Positions 34,905 through 44,052 of a stretch of 64,000 nt of DNA are shown here, one piece after another; the stretch's first letter is position 1, and each line of letters begins with the position of its first letter. A model generated the notes under the pieces. It was not told the origin of the DNA. It searched no databases and saw only the letters and a list, made by a program, of their open reading frames with translations. The translations under genes and the position numbers were made by a program. Origin of the DNA: a virus; the IMG/VR virus record IMGVR_UViG_3300043172_000501, positions 32,657 through 96,656 of that record. One strand, written 5' to 3'.

Positions 34905-35917
34905 TTATGACAAAGTTACAAGAAGCTATGAAACAACAAAGCGCATTAACTGCAAAGTTACTTGCTGGTACAATTACAGACGACGAAAAAGCAACACTTA
35001 CTAAACTTACCAAGGCTATTGAGAAATCGAACGCCCCACAAGCTGCACAAACAATCAAAACATCGCCCAGAATTGTAACACTCAAAGAATTTAAAGAGCA
35101 AACTGAATTGCTAATGGCAGGAGATCCTACGCCAGAACAACTCGCACTTGCCAAGAGAAATATCCAAGCAGTGAAAGACCAAGGCGTAACAGACGCAGAA
35201 GGTCAAGTAGCAGTTGAAATAATTCTCAATGATGAAGCAGAAGAAAATACTATAGATAGTCTTTTTGAGAAAATAGAAGCTCTCCAAGCCGAAGTTACAA
35301 CTCTTAAAGAAAAAGGTTTCGACGGCAGAACCACTACCGGTGTGACAGGAGATTCAGACGATGAACCAGAAGGCGACGATGAATCAAATAAGCCCGAAGG
35401 CGATGATTCTGAAAAAAATGATGATATGCCTGTTACTACTTCTACAGCAATAGAAGCTTTGACAGCTATTATCAATCGCTACACAGAAATCAAAACCATG
35501 ATTGAAACTAACAAAGATTTCTCAGCTGATGACCTTTATAAAATGTGGCCCGGTTGGGAACTTCGCGACGCAGCTGAAAACGCTACCGCCGTCCTAGCTA
35601 AACTTGAAGCTCTTAAAGAGCTTGCCCTACTTGTACAACCTAAACTTGAAGCGCTTCACAAAGCAACCGGTGACGAGCCAAACGCTAATGAAGACGAACC
35701 AGAAGCCAACGAGCCTGAAGGTGACAAACCTGAAGGGGACAAATCTGAAACCGACAAGCCAGAAGATGATAAGCCTGAAGAAACTGAAGAAGAAAAAACG
35801 AAGCGAGAAAAAACTGAAAAACAGAACGATGGTTGGCTAGGCGGAATCGATATGGCCCCCGAGTCTGAAGGCGGAAACGCTGATTTCCAGACGCTTAGAA
35901 AAAACAGGAAGAACTAG
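34901..35917 (+). CDS. Acidic coiled-coil protein, scaffold-like
   Basis: D/E/P-rich repeats (KPEGDK); helical segments. Confidence 0.6.
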   Translation: MIMTKLQEAMKQQSALTAKLLAGTITDDEKATLTKLTKAIEKSNAPQAAQTIKTSPRIVTLKEFKEQTELLMAGDPTPEQLALAKRNIQAVKDQGVTDAEGQVAVEIILNDEAEENTIDSLFEKIEALQAEVTTLKEKGFDGRTTTGVTGDSDDEPEGDDESNKPEGDDSEKNDDMPVTTSTAIEALTAIINRYTEIKTMIETNKDFSADDLYKMWPGWELRDAAENATAVLAKLEALKELALLVQPKLEALHKATGDEPNANEDEPEANEPEGDKPEGDKSETDKPEDDKPEETEEEKTKREKTEKQNDGWLGGIDMAPESEGGNADFQTLRKNRKN

Positions 35918-35929
35918 CGGAGGCACGTT

Positions 35930-36961
35930 GTGACTACAAAAATAGGCATAGGAATTTTTAAAGCTATCGACAAACCAATTGGTTTTTTTGAGTGTGACTC
36001 TAAATCAGTCATCAAAGCTCTGACAGAAGGCGTCAGTAAAATAATTCCAAATCATACATTAGAAGATCCCACTGAAGACGGAATCAAAGCGAAGAAAGTT
36101 GGAGAAATTCGATTAGTAATCGTTGAAGATGAGTCTGAATATTTACTGAAAACTTCAACAACAGTTAAAGTAGATAGAACGCCAGAAGGCGAAGCAGGCA
36201 CCTGGGATATTCAATCAGTGATCTTTTCTAAAGCTGATTTCGACTTAGCCGAATGCAAAACATTTCTTACAGAAAAAGATGGTGTCGGTGACCATGGCTC
36301 AGATGAGACAGACACCGCCTACATTTTCAGACAGTACGAGCCTAAGCATTTCTCTGAGTTTAAAACAATTACTCTTGCACCAGGTGTTAGTGCTGTGAAC
36401 GGTAAGATTGCTGGCGAAGTTGAAGTAGATGAAGACGAAGCCGAAAAAGCAATGACTAGCTCAATAGAAGTTCATGAAGCTATAAAAACTCTTAACAAGA
36501 AAATAGGTAAGACATTAAAAATGATACCTGGTTCTTGTACGATAAATAAAACAGAAGACGAAGAGTCAGATGATGTCGTAGAAGAACGCCTAGTAATGTC
36601 CTTAGTATTAGAGCCTAATGATGGCAATGATGGAGCGCCATTAAAACCTGATACACAAGATGACATTTATTCAGCAGACAGTGTTCGCAAGACTGCTCAC
36701 GGCTGGATGGAGAATTATGGCGCAGTGGATTTTATGCACAACTGGAAAGCTATCGGCAAAGACGGCGTGAGGATACTAGAATCTTTTGTCGCTCCAGTCG
36801 ATTTCGAGCTAGGTGGATATAGTGTAATAAAAGGAACATGGATGCTTGCTCTACGAATCGCTAATGATGATTTGTGGGAGGCTGTTAAAAACGGTGATAT
36901 AGGGGCTTATTCGATAGGCGGAACAGCAACTAGAACACCAATTGGAGAAGAAAATGCCTAA
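35930..36961 (+). CDS. XkdF-like prohead serine protease
   Basis: VLEP...DTQDD...DFMH...ESFVAP...KGTW...LWEAVKNGDIGAYSIGG. Confidence 0.85.
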   Translation: MTTKIGIGIFKAIDKPIGFFECDSKSVIKALTEGVSKIIPNHTLEDPTEDGIKAKKVGEIRLVIVEDESEYLLKTSTTVKVDRTPEGEAGTWDIQSVIFSKADFDLAECKTFLTEKDGVGDHGSDETDTAYIFRQYEPKHFSEFKTITLAPGVSAVNGKIAGEVEVDEDEAEKAMTSSIEVHEAIKTLNKKIGKTLKMIPGSCTINKTEDEESDDVVEERLVMSLVLEPNDGNDGAPLKPDTQDDIYSADSVRKTAHGWMENYGAVDFMHNWKAIGKDGVRILESFVAPVDFELGGYSVIKGTWMLALRIANDDLWEAVKNGDIGAYSIGGTATRTPIGEENA

Positions 36962-37580
36962 AAAACAAACTAAAAAAGGTGACAACCACGAACTAACAGA
37001 CATCGACACACAGTTTGTCTCCTTAGTTACAGCCGGTGCAAATCGTCAAAGTAATTTCATGGTCGTTAAAACCGATAAGCCAGATGAAGAAAAAAATAAA
37101 CAAGATGTAGAGCCGTCTGATTCCGATACAACCAAAGATGACGCCGACAACTCAGATAGTACCGATATGAGTGACTGGTTAGAATCAACTGGGACCGCTG
37201 TGGACACTGCGATGCTCGATGCCGAGTTTGAACAGACCCTTGCAGATGTTGAAGAAGAAGACAAACCCGACACTAGTTCAAAAGACGCAGGAGAAGAAAT
37301 AGTAGAACCTCCCGCAGTAGAAAAAGCCCAGAAAACCGATGAAGAGATAACGAAGGCACTTGCCAAAGCAGAAAAAGCTGAAGCAGAAGCCGTCGAACTT
37401 CGCAAAGAACTACAAACAGAAAAGCTAAAAGTTGCAAAAGTGCGACAGTCAAGTATAGGCGGTTCATCCGCTCTACTAACAGGCGAAGTAGGTTCCGCAG
37501 TTAAAGGCGACAAGCAAGACGTTACCGAAAATCGAGTAGAATGGGCTTCTGGGCAGGACCTCACGTCCTCAACAGAATAA
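36954..37580 (+). CDS. Scaffold protein with N-terminal protease-strand motif
   Basis: LTDIDTQFVSLVTAGAN, acidic linker, coiled coil; precedes the capsid gene. Confidence 0.7.
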   Translation: MPKKQTKKGDNHELTDIDTQFVSLVTAGANRQSNFMVVKTDKPDEEKNKQDVEPSDSDTTKDDADNSDSTDMSDWLESTGTAVDTAMLDAEFEQTLADVEEEDKPDTSSKDAGEEIVEPPAVEKAQKTDEEITKALAKAEKAEAEAVELRKELQTEKLKVAKVRQSSIGGSSALLTGEVGSAVKGDKQDVTENRVEWASGQDLTSSTE

Positions 37581-37638
37581 CGACAGTATAGAAAAACAAA
37601 ATTATTAAATTAACACTTTCCAATTGGAGGAAAAAAAA

Positions 37639-38577
37639 ATGACAACTGCAAACCAGACAATTATGCAAAAAGCAGATATGCAAGTAGCTGACCTTATTTC
37701 AGATGGTGGTTATTTACAAGACGAACAAGCAAACAAATTTGTTGTTGATCTTATTAAAGATTCAGTAATGATGAAAATGGTTGATGTACGAGGCCTCAAG
37801 TCTCATACACAAATCATTGATAAAGTTGGTATCAACGGTCGTGTATTGCGTCCAGGTACTTCTGGTAAAGCTCTTGCTGCCGGAGACAGAGTTCAACCTG
37901 ATACAGATCAAATAGAGCTAAACACTCACTTGCTAAAAGGCGAGATTCGTCTTAACGACGAAGTGTTAGAAGACAATATCGAAGGCGGTACTTTTAAATC
38001 TACTGTCATGTCAATGATGTCTGAGCATGTTGCTCTTGACATGGACGACCTATTAGTAAACGGCGACACCACTTCAACTGACCCACTATTAGCAATCCTT
38101 GATGGTATGCTTGTGGGAGCTACTTCACATATCGTGAACGGCGGAACTCAGCCTATCTCTAAATCAATGTTGAAAGCTGCAGTAAAAGCAATGCCTTCAC
38201 AATACAACAGAGCTAAAGCGAAACAACGCTTCTTAACATCAGAAGATGCTGAAGTTGATTATCGTGATTACCTTTCAGATCGCGCAACTGTTCTTGGCGA
38301 CAAGTTCATGCAAGATGATGCTCCTATTCGTTATGCAAATCGTCCAATTATGGGAATTCCAGTTTTCCCTGACAATTTAGGTGGAGGAAACGACTCAACA
38401 AACATCTTGTTAACAGATCCTAAAAATGCTCGCTGGGGTGTTTGGAGAAAAGTTAGAGTTGAAACTGACCGTGACATCACTACTGGTGAGTGGATTATGG
38501 TTATAACTGTACGTTGCGGATTTGTCTGGAAAGAAGAAGACGCAGTCGTAAAAGTTACTAACGTTAAAACTCAATAA
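37639..38577 (+). CDS. Major capsid protein (HK97 fold)
   Basis: GGAGG RBS; DGGYLQDEQA, EVLEDNIEG, LVNGDT, ILLTDPKN. Confidence 0.93.
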   Translation: MTTANQTIMQKADMQVADLISDGGYLQDEQANKFVVDLIKDSVMMKMVDVRGLKSHTQIIDKVGINGRVLRPGTSGKALAAGDRVQPDTDQIELNTHLLKGEIRLNDEVLEDNIEGGTFKSTVMSMMSEHVALDMDDLLVNGDTTSTDPLLAILDGMLVGATSHIVNGGTQPISKSMLKAAVKAMPSQYNRAKAKQRFLTSEDAEVDYRDYLSDRATVLGDKFMQDDAPIRYANRPIMGIPVFPDNLGGGNDSTNILLTDPKNARWGVWRKVRVETDRDITTGEWIMVITVRCGFVWKEEDAVVKVTNVKTQ

Positions 38578-38590
38578 TAGTCTGTAATTC

Positions 38591-38624
38591 GGGCTAGTGA
38601 GAACTAGCCCTGGTTGCTTTTTTT
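38591..38624 (+). terminator. Hairpin/terminator after capsid gene
   Basis: GGGCTAGT-GAGA-ACTAGCCC then a T tract. Confidence 0.7.
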
Positions 38625-38651
38625 ATAACCTATAGACATAAGGAGAAACCA

Positions 38652-39101
38652 ATGACTATAGTACTCATAAGTTCAGACCATTTTTTTGGTAATCGCAACT
38701 TGACACCTTTGCCAGCGACGACTGAGCGTGACTTAGCACGACTACTCGCAGAGATTCAAACTGCATCCAATACTAACGAAGCAGCTGTTGCCCTAGTAAC
38801 CAATACTAGAGATACAATTACTAATGCTGATTCACCATACACAGTGCCAACAGGAATAAATCTTGTAGGCGTCGACTGTTCTGGCGGAGCTGTAGAAGTT
38901 GATTTACCCGCAGCTGCTGACTACGATGAAGGACAAACAATCATCATAAAAGATGAGAGTGGAGACGCTAACACTAATAATATTACAGCTGACGGCGACG
39001 GCGCAGAAGAAATTGACGGAGCCACAACAAAAGTCTTAGCAACCGCCAGCGGAAGTATGCAATTCTACAGTAACGGGGTAGATGCCTGGTTTTCAATTTA
39101 A
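38652..39101 (+). CDS. Putative capsid decoration/fibre protein
   Basis: VDLPAA...GQTIIIKDESG...IDGA motif; follows capsid gene. Confidence 0.6.
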   Translation: MTIVLISSDHFFGNRNLTPLPATTERDLARLLAEIQTASNTNEAAVALVTNTRDTITNADSPYTVPTGINLVGVDCSGGAVEVDLPAAADYDEGQTIIIKDESGDANTNNITADGDGAEEIDGATTKVLATASGSMQFYSNGVDAWFSI

Positions 39102-39163
39102 TAATTAACTAGAAACAAAAACATTTTATATGCTAACGTAAGTTAACATTAGGAGAAATTATC

Positions 39164-39523
39164 ATGACAATAGAAAACGTATTAATTAAAGTTATCCGCC
39201 AAGTTGGAGTAGACGGAGCACAAGACATTCGCATGTCTTTTGACGGCGACGACGCCTACGTTGCAGGCGGAACAGCAGACTTTACTGAAGTAGTAAAAGA
39301 CGCTATCGAAGCTGCAGCCGTAGCAGCTTCTGACTCAAATATCCGTGGCGGACAACCAAACCTAGAAGTAGTAGAAGTTATCTCTGCTGACTGTGGTATT
39401 TATCTCGCCAAATATGACCAAACAAACGACAAGTTAAAAGCTGTTGTTGGTTCAACCGGCGTAGAAAATGCTACCGGTGACATCAGCGGAGTTACTTTTA
39501 ACGTAACAGTTCTTTGCAAATAA
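39164..39523 (+). CDS. Putative capsid-associated protein
   Basis: GDDAYVAGG...YDQTNDKLK...DISGVTF. Confidence 0.6.
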   Translation: MTIENVLIKVIRQVGVDGAQDIRMSFDGDDAYVAGGTADFTEVVKDAIEAAAVAASDSNIRGGQPNLEVVEVISADCGIYLAKYDQTNDKLKAVVGSTGVENATGDISGVTFNVTVLCK

Positions 39524-39540
39524 TTTGCAAGTAAAACTTT

Positions 39541-39590
39541 ACAGATACCCAAGGATAAGTCGTGGAGCTTGTTCTTGGGCTTCTGTTTTT
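39541..39590 (+). terminator. Intrinsic terminator
   Basis: CCCAAGGATAAG / CTTGTTCTTGGG stem followed by TCTGTTTTT. Confidence 0.65.
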
Positions 39591-39607
39591 AAAGGAAGGT
39601 AAAGGAA

Positions 39608-40219
39608 ATGATTACTGCAGTAAGATTAAGAGAAAGAAACAAAAAAAAGAATTTTAACATGCGCTCGTACACCGCTGCGAACGGAACAGTCTTCAAATCA
39701 GGCGTTATGGGAATTCCATCTACCTGGAAGATTGCTAAAAACACTAAAGACTTAAATGAGCTAAATGAAATACCCCAGTTTGAGCGTATGGATTTTGAAG
39801 ACATTGAAGAGCTAGAAGAGTACGTACAAGAAGAGATGGAAGCTTCAGCACGATTAGGCAAACCAGCCGTCCGGGCAAAAATTGAAGGCTTCATTCCAAA
39901 GTCTAGTCCTGCTCCAAAAAGAGATCTATCAGTCCTCCAACCTCCCAAAGAAGAAGACACTGAAGACACACGAGATGACACAAAACCACCCACAGAAGCC
40001 GATTCTACTCCAGCTGATACCATTGACACCACTAATGAGGGAGACTCCTCAGATCCTGAAGTTACTGCCAGCCTCGCTGATAACACTGAAGGCGAAAAAG
40101 AGTCAGATGAGATAATCGCCACAAGAAAAATATTAGCAAGCGGTATCGAACGAGGACTGTCCAGCTCTTATTTAAAAAGATTTGAAAATAGGTTAGAAAA
40201 ACTTTTAGCAGGGAACTAG
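39608..40219 (+). CDS. Hypothetical protein
   Basis: RBS; acidic low-complexity middle. Confidence 0.65.
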   Translation: MITAVRLRERNKKKNFNMRSYTAANGTVFKSGVMGIPSTWKIAKNTKDLNELNEIPQFERMDFEDIEELEEYVQEEMEASARLGKPAVRAKIEGFIPKSSPAPKRDLSVLQPPKEEDTEDTRDDTKPPTEADSTPADTIDTTNEGDSSDPEVTASLADNTEGEKESDEIIATRKILASGIERGLSSSYLKRFENRLEKLLAGN

Positions 40220-40247
40220 ATTCACTGCAGTCAGGTAAAGGAAGAAC

Positions 40248-40529
40248 ATGGAAGAAAAAGCTCGTACTGCACGACACAGGGAAACTGGAGACTTAGCATT
40301 CGCAGCATATGCTCATTTAAAAGGTTTGCGAATCGTAAAAGCCGAAGAGTTTCAAAGAGGAAAAGCGAATGAATATCGTTTTACATTTGATGACCCACCC
40401 ACAGTCAAAGACCCAAACGGGCTTTGGGATGAACTCTTTATCAAATATGCAAACAGCGAATCATCCGCATACGACTCGTCAGTTAGAACTCTCAAGAAAT
40501 TATGCAAGCGAAACAAGCGACGCAATTAG
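40248..40529 (+). CDS. Conserved small protein (DUF5659-like)
   Basis: TGDLAFAAYAHLKG...FTFDDP. Confidence 0.6.
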   Translation: MEEKARTARHRETGDLAFAAYAHLKGLRIVKAEEFQRGKANEYRFTFDDPPTVKDPNGLWDELFIKYANSESSAYDSSVRTLKKLCKRNKRRN

Positions 40530-40544
40530 ATAAAGGAGTCCTCG

Positions 40545-41570
40545 GTGGCAATTATTCAACTACAATGGAACGTACCAAACTTGAGTACATTACTTGCTGA
40601 CGGATATGATCAACAAAAAATAGAAGTTGAAAATACTCCGACAGTCTGGACTGAAGCCACTAGGTCAACTACTCGCCTACCACTAGTAGAAAATGTCGAA
40701 GATTATTTATGGGAAACACCGTCAGATGTTACACTCAATTTCAGAGCTGTTCCCTATAACTCAAGCACAGACACAGATGGCACAGCGATCAGTATATCCA
40801 ACAAGAAAGTCAGAGGCTACTGCACAGTAGAAGAAATCAGGGCAGAAGGTTGGGATAATGTAACGTTATTTCCTGACTCAAAAATTCAAGCTAAAATTGA
40901 TTACGCCACATCTATGATAGATAGAATTTGTGGACAAAGATTTGATGCGTATTACGGAGTACAAACAGTAGATATAAAACGCGCATACCCTGAAGTCCAC
41001 TTAGATATACCGATAGCTGCTCTTTTGAAAGTTGAAGAAGTTCAAATTTCTAGTTCTCAAAGCGATATCGACCTATCTAGTATTATTGTTTATAATCGCC
41101 ATCTAACAGAAGGTTTAATAAATCCAGACGATAGACGGAACCCAATGATAGCCTACGGACAAGGAGGCACGTCAAGTTCCAGAAAGCTCTATGGTTCAGG
41201 AAGATTTCTACGAGGCAATCAAGTTATTAAACTTTTCGGCATTTGGGGATTTACTGAATTAGGAACAACAGGGCAAGCAGGCGAAACTGAATTAGATAGT
41301 CAGATACCATTAAGTTATGGTTCTACTCCAGCAGAAATAAACAGGGCTGCTATGCTTTTAACAACTGCTTATATGCCAACATTATCCGATGGCGGAGCAC
41401 AAGAAGCTGTTGATTCAAGTCGTATCATTGAAGAAAAAACCCGTGACCAATCTTATAAGCTCGACAAAGGAAGTGTCACTGAGGATTCAGCCTACGGATT
41501 CACAGGCATACAAGAAGTAGACACTATTTTAATGCGATATTGTGGACCGGCTAGTGTAGGCGGTGTCTGA
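40545..41570 (+). CDS. Head-tail adaptor/connector
   Basis: YCTVEEIRAEG, IDRICGQRF, TPAEINRAA, EKTRDQSY. Confidence 0.75.
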   Translation: MAIIQLQWNVPNLSTLLADGYDQQKIEVENTPTVWTEATRSTTRLPLVENVEDYLWETPSDVTLNFRAVPYNSSTDTDGTAISISNKKVRGYCTVEEIRAEGWDNVTLFPDSKIQAKIDYATSMIDRICGQRFDAYYGVQTVDIKRAYPEVHLDIPIAALLKVEEVQISSSQSDIDLSSIIVYNRHLTEGLINPDDRRNPMIAYGQGGTSSSRKLYGSGRFLRGNQVIKLFGIWGFTELGTTGQAGETELDSQIPLSYGSTPAEINRAAMLLTTAYMPTLSDGGAQEAVDSSRIIEEKTRDQSYKLDKGSVTEDSAYGFTGIQEVDTILMRYCGPASVGGV

Positions 41571-42076
41571 TGCGAGGAAGACTTATCCAAAAATTTGTTT
41601 GTGTTCTGAGGAGGCTAGATCCTTTAGCAACTTCAGAAGTCACAGATGGCGGATATGATGAAGAGTTTGGAGAAGCCATTCAAGTAGATAATGATACTGA
41701 ATTAGGTGAAAGCTCCAGGAGAGAACAAACAGCAATTAGATTAAAATGCCAATTAGACCGTGATCAAGACTTCAATCATTTCGCCATGACAAGAGGCGGA
41801 CAACAAGAAACCGGAAGAATTGTTTTACTTTTACATATGCCAGAGTTAGAGAGTAAAGGTCTAATTACAAGTGAAGGAAAACCAGCCATCTTCCCAGGAG
41901 ACAGGATTCAGGCTATTGAAACCATCAAAGGGACAGAAGTTTTATCATTCACAGAACCAGAAATGTTTGTATTAACAGCAGAACCACAAGGCTACGGATT
42001 AAACATGTTTAAAGAGCCTAAAATAAATCTCATTGAACTTGTTTGTAGTCCCAAACAAGAGAGCCAGAGTGTGTAA
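41570..42076 (+). CDS. Head closure/stopper-like protein
   Basis: Position; MRGRLI...GYDEEFGE. Confidence 0.6.
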   Translation: MRGRLIQKFVCVLRRLDPLATSEVTDGGYDEEFGEAIQVDNDTELGESSRREQTAIRLKCQLDRDQDFNHFAMTRGGQQETGRIVLLLHMPELESKGLITSEGKPAIFPGDRIQAIETIKGTEVLSFTEPEMFVLTAEPQGYGLNMFKEPKINLIELVCSPKQESQSV

Positions 42077-42678
42077 TGGGAATAATGCAATTAAAAACAA
42101 AGATGGTTGGAGCAGCAAAACTATCCAATAAAATAAACGCCTGGAAAGCTAAACTACCAGGCGCTTTAGATCGTAATCTTAAAAGACAAGCACTTCGTTT
42201 ATCTACACTCGTAGTAAAAGGAATACGCTCAGGCGCACCTGGCGGAAAAGAATTTGAACCACTTGCAGAATCTACAATTATGATGAAAGGTTCATCTAAA
42301 CCACTCATTGATAATGGAGATTTATTAGGTTCAATCGGTATTGAAAGCCTAGGGAAAAATGACGGATATTTCGTGGGCGTTAGTCGAAAAGCAGTTGATG
42401 AAGACGGCAACACCATAGCGAATATTGCAGAGATTATGGAGACAGGAACAGACCCTTATACAATACCAGTTACAAAAGCTATGCGTGGATTTATGATGGG
42501 CATGGCAGGCAAAGGAAAAGTTTCTAAAAGTATGGCGATAGGAATAATGACAAAAAGTGTAATAGAACATCCAGGAATACCAGCACGTCCTTTCATGACT
42601 CCATCATTTGAAGAATGGCAAAAAGATGCCGAACGACAATTCATGGATGGCATGAGAAGCGCTCTAGGGGTTAAATAG
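42076..42678 (+). CDS. Neck/tail-completion (virion morphogenesis) protein
   Basis: PLAESTI..KGSSKPLIDNGDL...IPARPFM. Confidence 0.8.
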   Translation: MGIMQLKTKMVGAAKLSNKINAWKAKLPGALDRNLKRQALRLSTLVVKGIRSGAPGGKEFEPLAESTIMMKGSSKPLIDNGDLLGSIGIESLGKNDGYFVGVSRKAVDEDGNTIANIAEIMETGTDPYTIPVTKAMRGFMMGMAGKGKVSKSMAIGIMTKSVIEHPGIPARPFMTPSFEEWQKDAERQFMDGMRSALGVK

Positions 42679-42679
42679 A

Positions 42680-43600
42680 ATGTCAGTACCAACCATAACA
42701 AGTCTTAGCCCAATTTCCGGCTTAACAAAAGGTCGCAACATAGTCATCATAACCGGCACAAGCTTTAGACTACCAGACCCACCACCAGCAGAAGGAAAAA
42801 CTGACGGGGCATTACCGCTATCAGTGAAGGTTTATTTTGAAGGTGTCGAATGCGAATACGCAGAAGCCAGTGAATCAACAAAAATATATTGTCGAGTTCC
42901 ACAATGGGCAGGGCAATACACTTCCATGCCTTTCAATCTTGATGTAAAAGTAGAGAACGTAGACGCTTCAGGAACACTGATACCAGGAGAGACTGTTACG
43001 ACTGTTGGAGCATATCAAATGAAAAGAGCTAACCTCGCAGACGAGTCCTCTATACAAGGTGTTATCAGGGAACTGATACGTATATTCAGAAGGCATCTTT
43101 TAGAAAATACGCATTTCAGTATGAGCCGAGATTACGAAGGAATTCAATTAGATTTTGAACGTGATAAGCCAGATTTACCTGTTTGTTATTTGGCTCGTCC
43201 AAGATTTCCAGTAAATAGATTAAATAGCTGTAACAGACAAGATTATGTGGAAAGCGATCAACCTGACGAGTGGACAAGAAAAAAAGAACCAATAGTTACA
43301 GACTTCGCTTTTGAAATTATAATAGTAGCTGACAACCAGAAACATATGAATAGCCTGAATCAGTCATTATTATTATTATTCAGGGATGTCACAGAAGTAA
43401 AATATAATAACAAAGAATACGAACTAAGAATGCCATTTAATAATTATCCAGTTGGTGTCACAATACCTAATATGCAAAATATTTTAAGCTTACGTGCAGG
43501 TTGTTTGATCAAAGGTGTGCAAGTAGACGATACTGATGGTACTATAATTGAAAGAGGCTGGGATACTACAGAAGTCGACACAGAAACACAGAAGAAGTAA
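42680..43600 (+). CDS. IPT/TIG-domain protein, possible tail terminator
   Basis: PTITSLSPISG..KG...VIITGTSF; lies before the sheath gene. Confidence 0.65.
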   Translation: MSVPTITSLSPISGLTKGRNIVIITGTSFRLPDPPPAEGKTDGALPLSVKVYFEGVECEYAEASESTKIYCRVPQWAGQYTSMPFNLDVKVENVDASGTLIPGETVTTVGAYQMKRANLADESSIQGVIRELIRIFRRHLLENTHFSMSRDYEGIQLDFERDKPDLPVCYLARPRFPVNRLNSCNRQDYVESDQPDEWTRKKEPIVTDFAFEIIIVADNQKHMNSLNQSLLLLFRDVTEVKYNNKEYELRMPFNNYPVGVTIPNMQNILSLRAGCLIKGVQVDDTDGTIIERGWDTTEVDTETQKK

Positions 43601-43624
43601 GAGCTATGCCAATAAGGAATAAAA

Positions 43625-44017
43625 ATGAAAACTAAAAGATTAGTAACACTCATAAATATAGACAAGAACCCTGTTGGACCAGTGATAGTAACGTATTCAG
43701 ACTCAAAAGGTAAGAACAAATACATTGAAATTTTTAAAGGAATACCAATTCCAGGCTTGCCAGAGAGCATATTAAAGTGTGAAGAAGTTAAAACCGCAGT
43801 TAAGAAAAAACGTCTTAAAACTATCACATCAAAGAAAATAACTATCGTCGAAAAGACGGAAGAAAAAAATAGCGACCAAGAAAAAAAAGATTCAGGTGCG
43901 CCATCAGGCAAAAAAACAGGTAAAGAAGAGAAAAAAGTACAGGACAAAAATTTAACGCCTAAGCCTAGCTCCAAGAAAAAGAAGCAAAGCAAAAGCACCA
44001 AACGTAAAAACAAATAA
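43625..44017 (+). CDS. Hypothetical Lys-rich protein
   Basis: AAGGA RBS. Confidence 0.55.
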   Translation: MKTKRLVTLINIDKNPVGPVIVTYSDSKGKNKYIEIFKGIPIPGLPESILKCEEVKTAVKKKRLKTITSKKITIVEKTEEKNSDQEKKDSGAPSGKKTGKEEKKVQDKNLTPKPSSKKKKQSKSTKRKNK

Positions 44018-44052
44018 ACGTCACAATCGTTTTATTAACGGAGGAAAATAAT

